Positions 49,691 to 63,945 of a DNA stretch of 64,000 bases are shown in pieces. A program made the translations under genes and the position numbers. A model generated the notes under the pieces. It ran no database searches and was not told the DNA's origin. It saw only the letters and a list, made by a program, of their open reading frames with translations. The stretch is from NCBI RefSeq assembly GCF_009914755.1, contig NC_060928.1. One strand, written 5' to 3'. The DNA comes from the human T2T-CHM13v2.0 reference genome, Homo sapiens. Each line of letters starts with the position of its first letter. The stretch's first letter is position 1.

Positions 49691-52129
49691 CCAATTTTCC
49701 AATATAATTTGCTAATTATAAGATAGAGGTGAGTAAAGTATAGATGAGAAAAAATATTTTGCAGAATACGATGTAATATTCACTCATTTATTCATTCATT
49801 TGAAACATAATTTCATATATTTATTTGTCTCATTTTGTTATGAACTGGTAACTATGTTAAGTTGAAAAATAAAATATAGTTTTAAAAAACAGGTAGTCAA
49901 TTATAGAATTTTTATAGTGGTAACTAGTGAGATAAAATTGATATTATCTCATGACTTTTGCCTCTCTGTCTTTTAGAGAGTTGTTGAATTCCTCCTTGCT
50001 TTTCCCTATTTAAAATTTTCTGAAGATTTTTGGGATGAGAACTACAAAACAGAATTACATCTTGAATTTCAAAGCTCCCTTATATAGGATTTTTCTGCCA
50101 ATTCTAACCTCAATATCAAATGGCTTATTTGAAATAAAATAATATGCTATTGGGCCAAAATAGTTTTGAGAAAAGTAATAACTGCATTACGATTAATTAT
50201 CTTTGCTGTGGAATCAAGTAGGAATTTTAACTCTGCTTTTTTAACCCTTGCAATTTTGGATAGAGAGAGTATGGATTGGTAAGTGTAGACCTAGCCTAAG
50301 GGGTAACTCGGAAAAAGATTCCTGAATTCTTGTATTGATGTACAGGAAGTAGAAAGCAAATGTCAAATACAAATGTAAAACAGGACAGAGTAAACTATTA
50401 CAGCAGACCACGCAAGTGGCTCAGTTCAAACGGGCTTGTCTGGGAATTTTGTGCTATCCAGATGGGTCAATTTGATACATGCACTTATATACATCCTATG
50501 AGAGTCAACTAAAGTCTCTTATAACTGGAATGTTTCATGAGCTGACAGCTTATGAAATACCAAAGTATGGAAACACAAGCACAGTGTGAGGAAAATTATA
50601 ATAACATACAAAAATCAACTTTAATTACTTGTGCATTAATTGGATCCAAATTAGCTGTATACTCACAAGTAGAAGCATTTGGATGGATGATATGGACATC
50701 TGCTAGATGTGTAGGCAAAGGCAGGAAGATAATTTTATTTTCAGCTGCTTTAGGAAGGAAACAAAGAAAATATAGCCAGTATGACAGGCTAATTACATAA
50801 ATTATATAATTTCAACTGCTGTACAGTGAATTATCATGTTAATCAAAGAATCACCAGGTTAGATTGGGCAAAGTCATTTGAAAAGAAAACAACAGTTTTA
50901 AAAAATGAAATAAAATAATTGTGAAAGCAGTGTGTTTTCTAAGTAAATACATATATTAGAACCTTGGGAATGAGGTTTAAAAAATAAAGTGAAAGAAAGA
51001 TAAAATAATAAAAGATTAAGATATGTAAAAGGTTCTATTTAAACATTTAGAAAATAAAACCTTATCTGTTGGTAACATGTTACTTCACACAAAACCAGAA
51101 ACATTGCTGAGAGGAATAACCGCTTCTAGCCATGTTGTAAAAAATTAGGTAAATTACCAGAAAACCTGCTGTTTCTCTGTCTCCAAGCTCCCTTCTTTCC
51201 TATCATGTTCAGAAAAAAATATGTTGAATTGTTATATAACACGCCACAGAATTTTGTTCTATTGATACTACTTTTGTGTTCTATTTCTGGTCATTGTACA
51301 TTGAATTTACACCCCGACCCGCAAAGTTGGATAAAATCCATTTTTTTAAGTCCCTTCATGTTTAAGAATCCTACATAAACTACCTTCAACAGACTATTCC
51401 AGTGCCTGTGTCGAGATTTAAAGCCATGTAACACCTGGACTTTGTAAGCTTAACCTGCTGTGACAAATAAAAATAAATAAGAAAGTTTCCCGTAGTTGAC
51501 AACCCAGGTGGAAGTTTTACTACAATTTCCATCAGTCACTGGGACAGGCTTCAAGCGAAATAAACTGTATTTACACACAAGTTTGCTCAGAAAGGTGGCT
51601 GTATTACAGCTTTATACAGCCTCTGAAACTCGCAAAGAGATCTATAGATATAAAAAACTGTGAAAATAAATCCCCTTGTCCACTTGAAATTTTGCTATAT
51701 CTGTTTACATGCATCTTTTCTGTATCTACACAACTTGGACCAAGTGAATTTTGTTCTAATGCGAGTTGTGGGTGGAGGGTGGGTCTGGGAACTCTATGTT
51801 GAATGTCATAAATGCTATGGGTGGGGGCAAGGGAAGGAAGATGTTATGCATATTCTCTCAGGTCTCTATCTCACATTGATTCTGATTTTAGTCTTCCTTT
51901 TACTCTGACTTACTGACCCGATGGGGCAAAGGAAGTGTGAGAATTTGAAAATACTGTATAAGGATACAAATTTTAAAAACTTCAGGCAAGTACAGTCTAA
52001 GATAGAATGACGGATAAAGAAACCAAAGTCTAGGATTTGAATCAAAATCTCAAAAGTATGTTTTTAACTAAATTTTTCTTGTGTATAATGTCAAAGTTCA
52101 AGATAAGTAGGAAAAAAAAGAGTTGTAGG

Positions 52130-53248
52130 AGGAGACTTTCAATAAGATCTGAAAATGTGTTCTAAAGCCACCACAGTTAATAAAGAATGGTGATATTGAC
52201 ACAAAAATAAAACCACCTGGAGTTCCAAGAAACAGAAAACACTACAAAAAAATAAGAATATAGCATATAAAAAGGATGGCACATAAAGGCATTTGGAAAA
52301 GAATGTAGCCATTAAATAATATATTTAACCTTTGGGGGGAAAATGAAGTTATCCCCTTACTTCTAACAAGCAACAGCATGGTTTAGCCATCTAAACAATT
52401 AAATAGTTGAACAATCTTAATATTTAAGAAAGAAAAAAGAAACCATAACAGACCAAGAAGAAAGTATAGATGAATATGACTTGATCTCAAGATGAAGAAC
52501 TTAGGCATCAAAGGGAAGGCAGACCATTAAGGCAAAAGCAGAATATTTTAACAACATACAAATGAAACATTTGAAACAAAAAGAACATTAAAAGAAAATT
52601 ACAAATTAGAAAAACATTATAACACTCATTGCAGATTAGTGGACAAAATCCTAACTAACAAAAAACTCCTACAAAGATATACAAACACATCGCTAAGATT
52701 ACATATAAAGACAGGAAGGGACAATGCACAAAAAATATATAAATAGTCATTCAATATATCCAATAAGGTTGAATTTCACTTTCAATCTAAGAAATTAAAA
52801 CGAAATATTATTTCCCCTTTTAAAAATATTAGAAACAAATGATAGTAATATCTAGTGTTGTTTGGGTAAAGCAGATGCTCTCAAATGCTGCAGACAAGAA
52901 TGTAAATTAGAGCATTTTGAAAGGATACATTGCCAGTATGAATCAAGATCCTTAAAAATGTCTACGTACCTTGGTCTAGTAGTTCCATGTCTGGAGAGTA
53001 ATCATATGGAACGAATTTGGAGATACACACTAAGATTTATGTATAAGAATAGTCATCACAGCTTTATTTATAATAGAAAAAATAACAAAACTCAATAATA
53101 AAAGATGAACTGAATAAATTACAACACATACAGTAAATGCAATGCCCTGTAACCATTATAAATTACATCTTCAAAGAATATTTAGTGACCATGCAAAATA
53201 TTTATAAGAAAATCAGGATATAAAATGCTATACACACTTGATTCAAAT
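52130..53248 (+). mobile_element. L1ME-type L1, end of ORF2 and 3' region
   Basis: A-rich L1 motifs aatgatagtaatatctagtgttg, gaatgtaaattag, catcacagctttatttataatag. Confidence 0.6.
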
Positions 53249-55299
53249 CTTCCTTCCTCTTTTTGTCTTCATTTACAAAAACACCCAATAACTCAGCTAT
53301 ACTTTTCAGAGCTAGATATGTAATGTGTTTAACTGTTTCAGAAAATACATAAATAAAGGTTTACCCAAATTTAAATTTGTTTTAATTGCTTTATAAAAAT
53401 AAGAGGGCATATATTATTAATCTCCAATGTCTTCTTGAAAATTAGAAAAAATATATTAAAAATGGTTCAAATTTTATATTCAATAGAATTTTCTTGGAAG
53501 GTATATTTAATTGCATTTTCATACTACAGTTGCTGATGGCAAAATATTTACATCCACCATCAATTAATAGACTAAAACCAAACTGAAAAAAAATTTAAGG
53601 TGTCACTGTGAAAGCAAAAACATCTTTTTGTAATGTTCTTGATTTCTTTCTAACTATGAAATATGAGGAAAAATGTATCAGAAAAAAGTGAAAATAGATT
53701 TCTGCCCACTGCTCATATTAATGCATTATTTCTGAAACATTGGATTGTGATTGTTTCTGTTTCTCAGTCAGGAATCAGAATACACCAAAGGTGGTTGTGA
53801 TAGGTTTTGATATGTGGTAGTCCCTCATTGCTGTTTGCCAATTTCCAGCCATTATGAAGGCTAAAATTGTTATGTTGGTGATAAGAAAAGAGTAAGACAG
53901 ATGACTGGGTGAATTGGATAAATGTGATATATGGAAATAGAGCAAGGTACCATCACTGTGCATCAGAAGATCCACGGCTGCACTTCACCGGAAAAATAAT
54001 ATCAGTAACAATAACAATAAGCAACGTTATTGTACACTACTGAATTTCAGTCACCTTGACAATATGGAGTCATGCTGAAAATTATAAAAGATATCCCTTT
54101 GTTAATCTGTTTCAATGTGTTTTTTAATATCTGAAGAAAACTATTAATATCAGTAGTTATGTTTTTAATCTACCAAGAATCCTCTTACACTTGAGGTCAA
54201 AGGGTCTACTAATGGATATAAAAAAAATCAAAGACAAAGAAATTACTGATATTTACATTTTTAGGTATGGCAATATAGAAACTAAGCTTCTGGACTGTTA
54301 AAGATTCACCAAGCTTAGATGTTACAGAGGGTTCAGGAATGCTTAAAACCTACCTCTTTGTTGAACTTCTTGTCATATTCTATTTATAATAAAAATTACC
54401 TGAAATATTTTCCATGTTAGAACAAAAAATAAGCCATTTCATCTTTATAATCCTTTATGGTAGTCTGTTATCCAGCCAGAAACTTAGAACAGCAGTACTT
54501 TTTAATGGCAGTAACTTACCGTGGTAGTTATAACCTTAATTCTACTTTGGTACTTTGGTGTAAGTTGGTCATCTTTGTTTTTAGAAATATTAAGAAAGCT
54601 AGGACTTATTATTATAACATTTATCTCAAAGTATATTTCTTTGATAAAGAAATTTGCAGGAACAGGAATAAATGTCACACTCTGTGGTTCCATATAATAA
54701 CCTTCTGCCCTTTAAATCAATATGTTTTTTCACGTTTCTTTGAAAACTAAGAAAAAGCTCCCCTAGGAAGTGACCGAAGTGATCAGAGTACCAACATATT
54801 TTCACAACGAAACAACAGAAGGATAATCATACAGCTCCTCCTATTCAGAAGGTCTTCTCTCAACTGCCTTCTCCCTCTCTTTTAGTAAAGGAAAACAAAT
54901 TTTCCTCTCAGGGTTTACCCATAGGCTGCTAAACATACTTATTCTGCATATCTATGCCTTTTGTTATCTGTAATGGTGGTAGAGACTTGTGTGTCCATCA
55001 TTTATATCTGGAAACACCTGAAGAGACTTGGTATTGCAGGTTTAGAGCTACTTATTTGTTGAGCGCTTAATTGGCAACTTCAATGATAATGAAAGTAGCT
55101 TTTTTCACTTATTAAGAGTTTGGCAGTTGAGAGGTGATCAGTAATGTTGGAAATAGCAAGGAGCTTGGAACTAAATATCACCTTAATTTCATCTCAGCTC
55201 TAATTTACAGCCACTGTGATCCTCAGTGTCTTTATCAGTAAATAGCTACTTTTAAAAAATGGGGGCAGATATTAAATGTGATAAAGTATGATTGAGTGA

Positions 55300-55625
<326 letters not shown>

Positions 55626-55869
55626 AGGAAATAGGTTTTTAAATACACAGTTAAAATACAATAGAAATTATTTAACAGGATATACTTCTTATACATTGAA
55701 AATTTGTACCCTTCTTATCAAAAACATCCAGAACATGAGACAATTTTTAATAAAACTTGTCTGAATGTTCAAGATGGAAGTAACAATTTAAATATGTAAC
55801 TAGTACTTTGTTTCCTCATTTTTCTTATTTGTAGGCTGAAATTCAATGATTTTTTTTTACTTCTTTAAC

Positions 55870-55995
55870 ATCTCTCTTTATGCACAGACTATAAGCTTCA
55901 TGAGATTAGAGACCAGTTCTGTTTTTCTCCCTGTAGCTTTCCCAGTGCCTAAAACACAAGCAGGCATTCAATAAATATTTGTTGATTCAATGAAT
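55870..55995 (+). mobile_element. L2 3' end
   Basis: agactataagcttcatgag...cccagtgccta...caataaatatttgttgattcaatgaat. Confidence 0.75.
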
Positions 55996-56879
55996 AAAAA
56001 CAAATGAACCTGCTTTTAGGGAAAGTGAGTGATGCACGTGATGAATGTACACGACCAATGCCACTGGTCTTAATGACTCACTAACAGCTCAGTGGGAGGG
56101 AATGGGAGCTATGAGGGCTATGCAGTCTTCCATGTCATTTGGTCTCCCATTAGCCCACTGAATCCTTATTATCATTATTCATATAAATAATGTATTAAAT
56201 CCATTCATTTTTCATTTATAAATGGCTTTGGTACAGAGTTGAGAAAATAATAAGAAAATGTTCTTATCTATAAAAGATAAGAAAAATCATGGAAAATGCC
56301 CAGCCAGTATCTACCCTGTTATCATTTGGCTTCTCATGAGACCTCCACAATGAGTTCTGTTGGGGTATCAGTGGCGTCGTGTGGAAGGACAAGTTAGATC
56401 TCCCTTCTATACGAAGAAGTTAGGTGGCCAGCGAGTTGGAAACCTGAGAAAGGGGTAGTTTAGCTTTATATTTTACTATCTGCCACTTCTTTTGAACAGC
56501 ATGGGTGGTGCTTGGGGCCTCTGGCACTGTTCCCAGAAGCACTGCCCCTGCCAAGCAGAATTTGCACCTTCACAAGTGCTGATTGACTGTGAGGGAAAGA
56601 TATAGACCCCTTCTGGAAGCAGCTTTCTGGGAAAGATATTATACCTCCAGCCTGGTTGTGGGGAGGGCCCAAGAAAATAGGACTGTGTGTCTGGTACTAG
56701 TAGGTAGTGGATAATTTAATTCCTTTCTCATTACATCCATTCAATCTAACATTTATTTTGAAGAGTTAAGTTTCCTAGACACAGATCCTAAAAAAATAAA
56801 ATAAAATATGAAAGCAATGAAGTTCCTCCTCTTTTATTTTCTCTCTCTCTCTCTTTTTTTTTTTTTTAAAGAGCATCAT

Positions 56880-57310
56880 AAAAAAGTTTGTTTTGCTGGC
56901 TAACAGCAGCGAAGGTACAAAGCTTTCTTCGTTAGGGTTTGCTATTTAAACCATCAGCTCATTCTGCAAGAACATCAAACATGTGTCTACCAGATGCTGG
57001 GCAACAGCGCGATACTAAGGACTTGACTCAAGTGAACAATAATCTGTGGACAGCGGGTGTGAACCCGAGCTGGGCCAACACCTCATCAGACCGAACGGCT
57101 AATTGATTTCAAAATTAGACTCGGTATTTCTGAACAATAATCTTAAAAGGCAGCAATAAAATACATCAGGATCCTTTGAGCTGGCCAAGCTTTCATCCAA
57201 ATGGCTTATTACAAAGAGCTGGCACACCTGAACTTTGGCACAGTCAAATAAATCCAAAAACAGCAAATGGAAACCACATTTGGCACTGGAGGTTTGTCAA
57301 GAAAAATTTG
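56880..57310. promoter_or_regulatory. Putative enhancer (non-repetitive, CpG-retaining, motif-dense)
   Basis: TGAACAATAATCT twice, TGACTCA, ACATCAAA, TAATTGATT, TTGGCA twice; ~9 CpG in ~220 bp. Confidence 0.4.
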
Positions 57311-57830
57311 TATTCATGAGGAAACATGATTTTTGATTTTGAAATTATTTGGGGGTTATCGGTGGGAAGTAATTCATTGAATATGTATTTGACTCTGACA
57401 GCTATGATTTATGCAACAAAATATGCACAATAGGTATGTGAAGGCTTTTGAGAATCACATAATCTTTGGAACACCAGGATCAGCCAGGGCACAGCAAGGG
57501 TTAGTGTAGCTCCATTGGTGATAACTTAATCGCATGTGTAGGCCTACCCCTTTGAACTCTGAATAACTGCTTTGTGGCATCAGGGTCCACAAGGCTTTAA
57601 ATCTGACTGCACTGCAATGACAATAAATTATACCAACTATTTAAGAAATGCTTGGAATCTTATCTTGCCTTCAGAGTGAGCAAACTAAGATTACAATTCC
57701 TGGCTTAAAACATGGCATAAATTCTGAGAACAAACACGGAAAATTTACACAATGGCAAGAGTGTATTTCACTACTCTTCTCTCGCAGCATTTTTTTAGGA
57801 CCTCTAAAGATACATGTTGAAAGGTCCGTT

Positions 57831-57868
57831 AAAAAAGAAAGAAAGAAAGAGAGAAAGAAAGAAAGAAA

Positions 57869-57941
<73 letters not shown>

Positions 57942-57943
57942 GG
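57831..57943 (+). repeat. (GAAA)n microsatellite
   Basis: Pure purine tract of ~113 bp. Confidence 0.95.
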
Positions 57944-58534
57944 CAAACAACAGAGTATGTCTGGGTGGGTAAAATGAATTAAACCACTGACTGGTTTTCT
58001 GCACAATGCTTCTTAGTTTAATTTTCTGGCTACTTTAGGAGAAAAAATTTTGCTATTTTCTTGCATTTCTTATCCTAATAATTGCCTATATTTTTAAATT
58101 TTAATTTTATATAAAGGAAGTCTGCTTAACTGGATGTATTTGCTAAGCCTTTTAACTGCTTTGATAGATTCTATCCAAAGATGACAAAATATCTCATAGA
58201 GCGAAGAAGAAGAAATAACATTAAGGAAAGGACACGGAATCACTAGTATTGATCTAACCCAGAACTCAAAAATTACAAAAAATACAGCAAAGAATTATCA
58301 CGAGAACAAAGGTGGAAGGGAGTGACCTTGGAAAATTTATCTCCAAATGAAAACATTTCTCCCTTCATGGTTCTCTCCCTTTTCTAGGGCAATCCCTCTC
58401 CATTAAAAAAGCTGACAACCTTTTTTGCGATTCTGACTTTTTAAACTAAGAAGTGACTTGGCCCACAGCCTGTGCTGAGCCTGTTAGCGGGTGACTGCCA
58501 CTTGGGAATTAGCGTTTAGATATCTGAAGGAAGG

Positions 58535-58685
58535 AAATCAGAAATTAGTTCTAGCCCCTGATCTGTTAATTCACTGGATGATCTTGGACACATTTTCCTT
58601 TCCGGACTGCAGTTTCCTCATTTTTAAATGATGAGAATGGTACTAAATGATCTCTAAGGACTCTTTCAGTTCTAAAATATTATAA
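58535..58685 (+). mobile_element. MIR3-like SINE
   Basis: gatcttggac...cagtttcctcatttttaaatga...actaaatgatctctaagg...cagttctaaaat. Confidence 0.7.
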
Positions 58686-59368
58686 AGCTATGCAATAGTT
58701 CCTTCAGTTGATGAAAACAAGGCTGGTGCATGCATTGCTTGAAAGAAAACAGAAGAAAAGAAGTGTTTAGGGTGTGATATTTAATAAATGGAATTAGGAC
58801 ACATCCAATGGTTTTAGGAAGTTGATTTATTACAGTTTTCAGCAAAATGATATAGAAAACTAATCAACAAAAATGTTAACAATAAAGTACTTCAATGAAT
58901 TGGAAATAATTTTTTAGCTAAAATTAAATAGAAAAATACCCTGTTAACGCTACTGGTACAGGGTATTAGCAAAATTCTCCAAAATAAAATTAGTTTCTGG
59001 GAACGCATCCCCCAAATCACATTCTCCATTTATCTAGTTAGCCAATATATTCTGAGTGTTCCTTTTGTAAAGACAAATGAATATTCAAGTACCCCATTTT
59101 TTAGAGAATGACTAATAAGGGGGTGTTGAATTCTGGAGAGTTTTAGATATGATGATGACTACTTGGTATTCTGTTTATGTATTGTGTTAGTATAAAATAA
59201 AAAAATTAAAGCATGTAGTTAGTTTCAAACTTGTATTAACTCTCAAACATTGGAATCCAAAATCGTGCTTAAGTTACTAAAACACTTTCATGTTCTGTTT
59301 TCAAATCCACATACCTATTCAGAAGTTAGAATGTATCCATTTCAATACCTATTCAAGAAATGAAATTT

Positions 59369-59714
<346 letters not shown>

Positions 59715-60074
59715 TTATCTGAAATCTTAGATCACAAATTTGAGAGGATATCTATTTTCATTTCTTGATTATGTCTTTTGTATCATTTAAGTAATTTTAA
59801 AATATTTTCCAAAAGGACAATAACAACAACAATAATATTTAACAAATGTATTAGATTACATTTATGCCACCTGTATGCCATGTGTCTTAAATGCACTGAT
59901 TTAAATTTCACAATAAATTTACACGGAGGGTAAGCTGTACTAATGAGGAAAATGAGCCAAAAGAGAAGTAACTTCACTGGTTTACACAGTGGCTTTAAAC
60001 TGACCATTATTTACCAATTCCAATTTTCCACAATACTCTGCATTATTACTGCAATGAATTTAATGAGTTCCTTT

Positions 60075-60620
60075 ATTTATTCATTCAACAAATATTCACT
60101 GAAGGCCTGCTATATGCCAATGACTATTCTGGACATAGAGGAAACAATGAAGTTACATTCTAGGTTGGGGGGTAAGAAAATAAGTAAATATATAAATACA
60201 TAAGATTATTTCAGTTAGAAGGTAAGTGGTATGAGGGTTGCCATGTCTAGCTTTGCAACCAGTGACTGTGAGTGTTATGAAGGCAATATAGCAGAATGAT
60301 GCAATAGAGAGGAAATGCAGATTGATTTTAGATTAATAGTCAGAGAAGGCTCCTAGGAGGAGGTGCATTTGAGTTGAGATTTAAATGACAAAAATCATCT
60401 AGCTATGGGAAGGCCTTGGGCAGGTACACCAGATAGAGCAAATAACTAGCAGCAAAACTTTGAGGCAGAGATGAGTTGGCTGAGCATAAGAAACATAAAG
60501 AAGGCCAGTGGGGATAAAGCCAATGAAGGGGAACGGGAATGAGAGGCAAAAGGAGTGTAGACGGGAGGGGGTTGGGCTCTGTGTGGCTTCTTAGCTATGG
60601 GAAAGAGCATGCAATGTGTT
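60075..60620 (-). mobile_element. L2 LINE 3' region
   Basis: ttattcattcaacaaatattcactga...gtcagagaaggctcc...catttgagttgagat...aggccagtg. Confidence 0.75.
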
Positions 60621-61045
60621 ACTAAAATATTAATGTCAAACGACCTTTCAGACTATTGCCATTAACCTCTGTTTTAATGACATAAAACACAAGTTTGTGA
60701 ACTTTTCTGATTCTCAGAATGCTTGGACATTTGTTGGGGGAGGCCATGAACCCATCTTCCTTGGAAAAATTCACATTTATACAGAAATGTGCACACGATT
60801 TCAGGAGTTAATTGGGATCACGTTCCCCCTGGAGCCTACCCATGGGCCCATGGATTTCAGGTGAAAAAAAATCACAGAAACTATTTTACAGTGAGCTAAA
60901 TGAATTGTGGTCCTTAAATCATAATTATAATACTCACCTAAGTAAACAATTTCTACCCCCAAAATTATATAGTCCAGGCCATAAGGCAATCTGCCCTATA
61001 AGGTTAAATTTCTAGTTTCAACCACAGAGTTGTACTGTTTTTCAA

Positions 61046-61262
61046 CAGTTTGACAATCTCCTTTCTACAATTTTGACATTCAAGAGCCAAATTCTTAATG
61101 CTAAAAATATATTTTAATACTCATTTACCAACAAAATTTGACCTGCACTAATGTGAGATTATTTACAATGTTTATTTGTGCTGCTTATGTTTTATAGCAG
61201 AAATAACGATGTGTTGGATTACAAGGTGATGCTTCAGTATCACCTTGTGAGGTTACATAATG

Positions 61263-61303
<41 letters not shown>

Positions 61304-61410
61304 CATATGTAGGTGTATATATACATATGCACACCTTCTACTTCCAAAAGAAACCAAAATTCTGAAAACCATGGGTCCTGAATATTTTTGAGTAAAGAGC
61401 CATCGACCTG
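61046..61410. mobile_element. MER46C-like Tigger-derived DNA transposon, containing (TG)16 at 61266-61297
   Basis: actcattt...caaaatttgacctg...gcagaaata...aaaattctgaa...gacctg followed by TA. Confidence 0.6.
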
Positions 61411-62579
61411 TATAGTTTCCCATCCTTCTGAAATATTTCTTGAGTATTTTACGTCTTCTCTGTGTATTCAGGATACCAAAAATAAGTCAGCACACAGGGC
61501 TCTAAGCACTTAACATCCATCTGGTGTGTTGACAGGTTTTAGATGACATCCTAGTGTTTCCTCAGCGCAGACCACCTCAGGAGTAGGAAGGCTACAGGAC
61601 ATTGTGAATGTTCTCCCTCAGCATATAAAAGAAACACCTGTACCAAATTAATTTGTGCTTATCCAGTGAGAAGTTCACAGGGTCCCTCCGCCTCTTTTAC
61701 CTATGAAGGGTGGTCTATTGACTTAGCTGCTGTGCAAAACAAGGCCCTGCAGGGAGCCCTGGCCTCTCGAGGGGATTTTCTGGGAATTATTCTTCACGTA
61801 CTCCTAAGCTTGTTTCTTTCTTTGTTTTCTACGTTCTTACTTAACCTTAATTTATATAGTCTAGCTTTGTATTTTCGAGGCATTATGCCATCGTTAAATT
61901 GCTAATACTTACCACATTGTTTAAAGCAGGCATCATTCCTCATGTGCGACGCAGAGACCCAGAGATGGGTTAAGTAATTTGCTCAAGGAATCAGAATGGG
62001 AGTGAATGATGAGGCTTCAATTAGAACTCAGAGTTTCATATGTACTGTTCTTTTCTCAGGTCTCTGGGGCACAGTGTTATTATCTGGGAACTGATCCCAA
62101 AGACCAAACTAAGTATCCCTAGCTGTGGTGCTTCTTCCTAACATATAAACACTTCTGGGGGAAGAGGATGGAGGAGGAACTGAAAAGAAACAAGTATCCT
62201 CGTTTCCCTAATGTATCAAATTCATTGAAACATAATGAAGGTATTAGCTCTTATTCAATCTTTGTAAAATCATTTCCTCATTATTTTAATATATTTTAAC
62301 ACAGTCGTTTAAAACCTAACTCAATTACACCTTAAGAAATAAAATATTAGATAAAAACTTTTAATTTCAACTTTTGTTGAGGTACTTTATCTGTTTTCTC
62401 TTAGATAAATTGCTACATTGAAAAGTTTATGATTCATTTTTTCAGGTAGTATAAAATCAGAAAAAAATGTATATTTTATCAGTTTCTAGTGGATATCTGC
62501 TGAAATTAAAATATTTATTTTAATACAAACCTAAAAATTTGACATATAACCTAATAACAGAAGGAGGTAAAATTCAGAG

Positions 62580-63640
62580 GAATTACCCTCTTCTAATTTT
62601 CCCCAATCCCTTCTCTCACTGACAGTTCTCTTGTGGATATCTAGTAGTTAGTTTTCTTCTTCCTCTGTCCTCCCTGGATTACTGTAACTGACCTGTTTCC
62701 ATTGTCATGCAGGTTGCATCTAGGTCTTTCTTAACCTGTACTTAAGACCATTAGGGTACTCTAGAATCTGCTATTGTATATGTAAAATTTCCATCTAGAT
62801 GTATCCCATGACTCCAGAAGTCTACTTTGACAACTCGGTTCAGTGTTTTATTTTATGCTGCCTTACTTCTCCAACAGTGCCAGTGACAAACATTCTCTTG
62901 AGTCTCTGGACCTCCTTCTTTTTTTTTTTTTAAATATATATCATTTACAGAAAGGCAATACATTTCTATGTATAAAACGTTTCTCACATTTCCCACTCCC
63001 TTAGAGGTCCACTAAACAGCTTCATCTCTCAGTAACGTTCCCCAAAGTGCCACCAACATAATTACCCCATGTTCATCATTCATACCACATCATCTCCATT
63101 CTGAAACTCTTTTCAATGGCTTTCAGGCTTATATCTCCCCAAAATGGGCTGTATAAGCCACTTCATTCAGTCCTCATTCTAATATAACATTAAGTCTTCC
63201 CTGAAACAATTTAGGGTGTGACTTTTTCTCCGATCATGGCCCAATTTGTTGGTCTCTAAGGGCTTGGCAGAACTCCTTCTGAGCATTCCCTAGATTTCAA
63301 CTTACACATGTCATAGTCTCTTCCATTCCATTCTACACATTGTAATTCTTGCCCTTTCATCTCGAACTCCTACTTCCATCAAGAAGTCTTTCCTTATTAA
63401 CATGACATGCCCCAAATCTCTCTGTTTACCAATTGTTTATTACTGCAGTTTTCATACTTTGGCTTTTTAAATTTCCATTTGGTAAATTCTTCTTGTTATT
63501 CTCACATCTGTCTTGCCTTTGTCTCAAAGGACAAAGTCTTTAAAGTTTTTATACCTATTTAATCTTAAATATATAATGACAATTCTATGCTATGCCCTTA
63601 ATTATCTTTTGTTTATTCAAAAAACTGTTGAAAAGCACGT
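62580..63640 (+). mobile_element. L2 LINE fragments, highly diverged
   Basis: Pyrimidine-rich L2-like motifs ttccatctagatgtatccca, ttcaatggctt, cttccatcaagaagtctttcc. Confidence 0.5.
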
Positions 63641-63699
63641 CTTGAAAAATTCATGTACCTTTTTCTCCTAGGAAAACCTCAGTGTTGATATTGGAGGTC

Positions 63700-63945
63700 A
63701 GTGTTTCAGAAGGTAGGTGCTAGAGTCAGATGTCCTCGCACTGCATCCCTAGCCCAACCTTAATTATTAGTTTTGCATACTCAAGCAACTTCACTTTCCT
63801 GTTACCCAGTATCCTCATCAGTTACAAAGGAATAATCATAACACCTGTTCCTTAACATGGATGTGAGATTTTAATAAGAAAATACACTTAAGGAATTAAA
63901 TGGAGGCTTGCACATAGTAACTGCTCAATAAAATACAACTATTAC
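63700..63945 (+). mobile_element. MIR SINE, near full length
   Basis: ctagagtcaga...tcctcatc...ggaataatcataacacc...gtgagatt...gcacatagtaactgctcaataaa. Confidence 0.75.

Noticed and set aside
58935-58967. 10-bp inverted repeat aataccctgt/acagggtatt with 13-nt loop
   Set aside because: About one such repeat is expected by chance in 64 kb; no supporting context.
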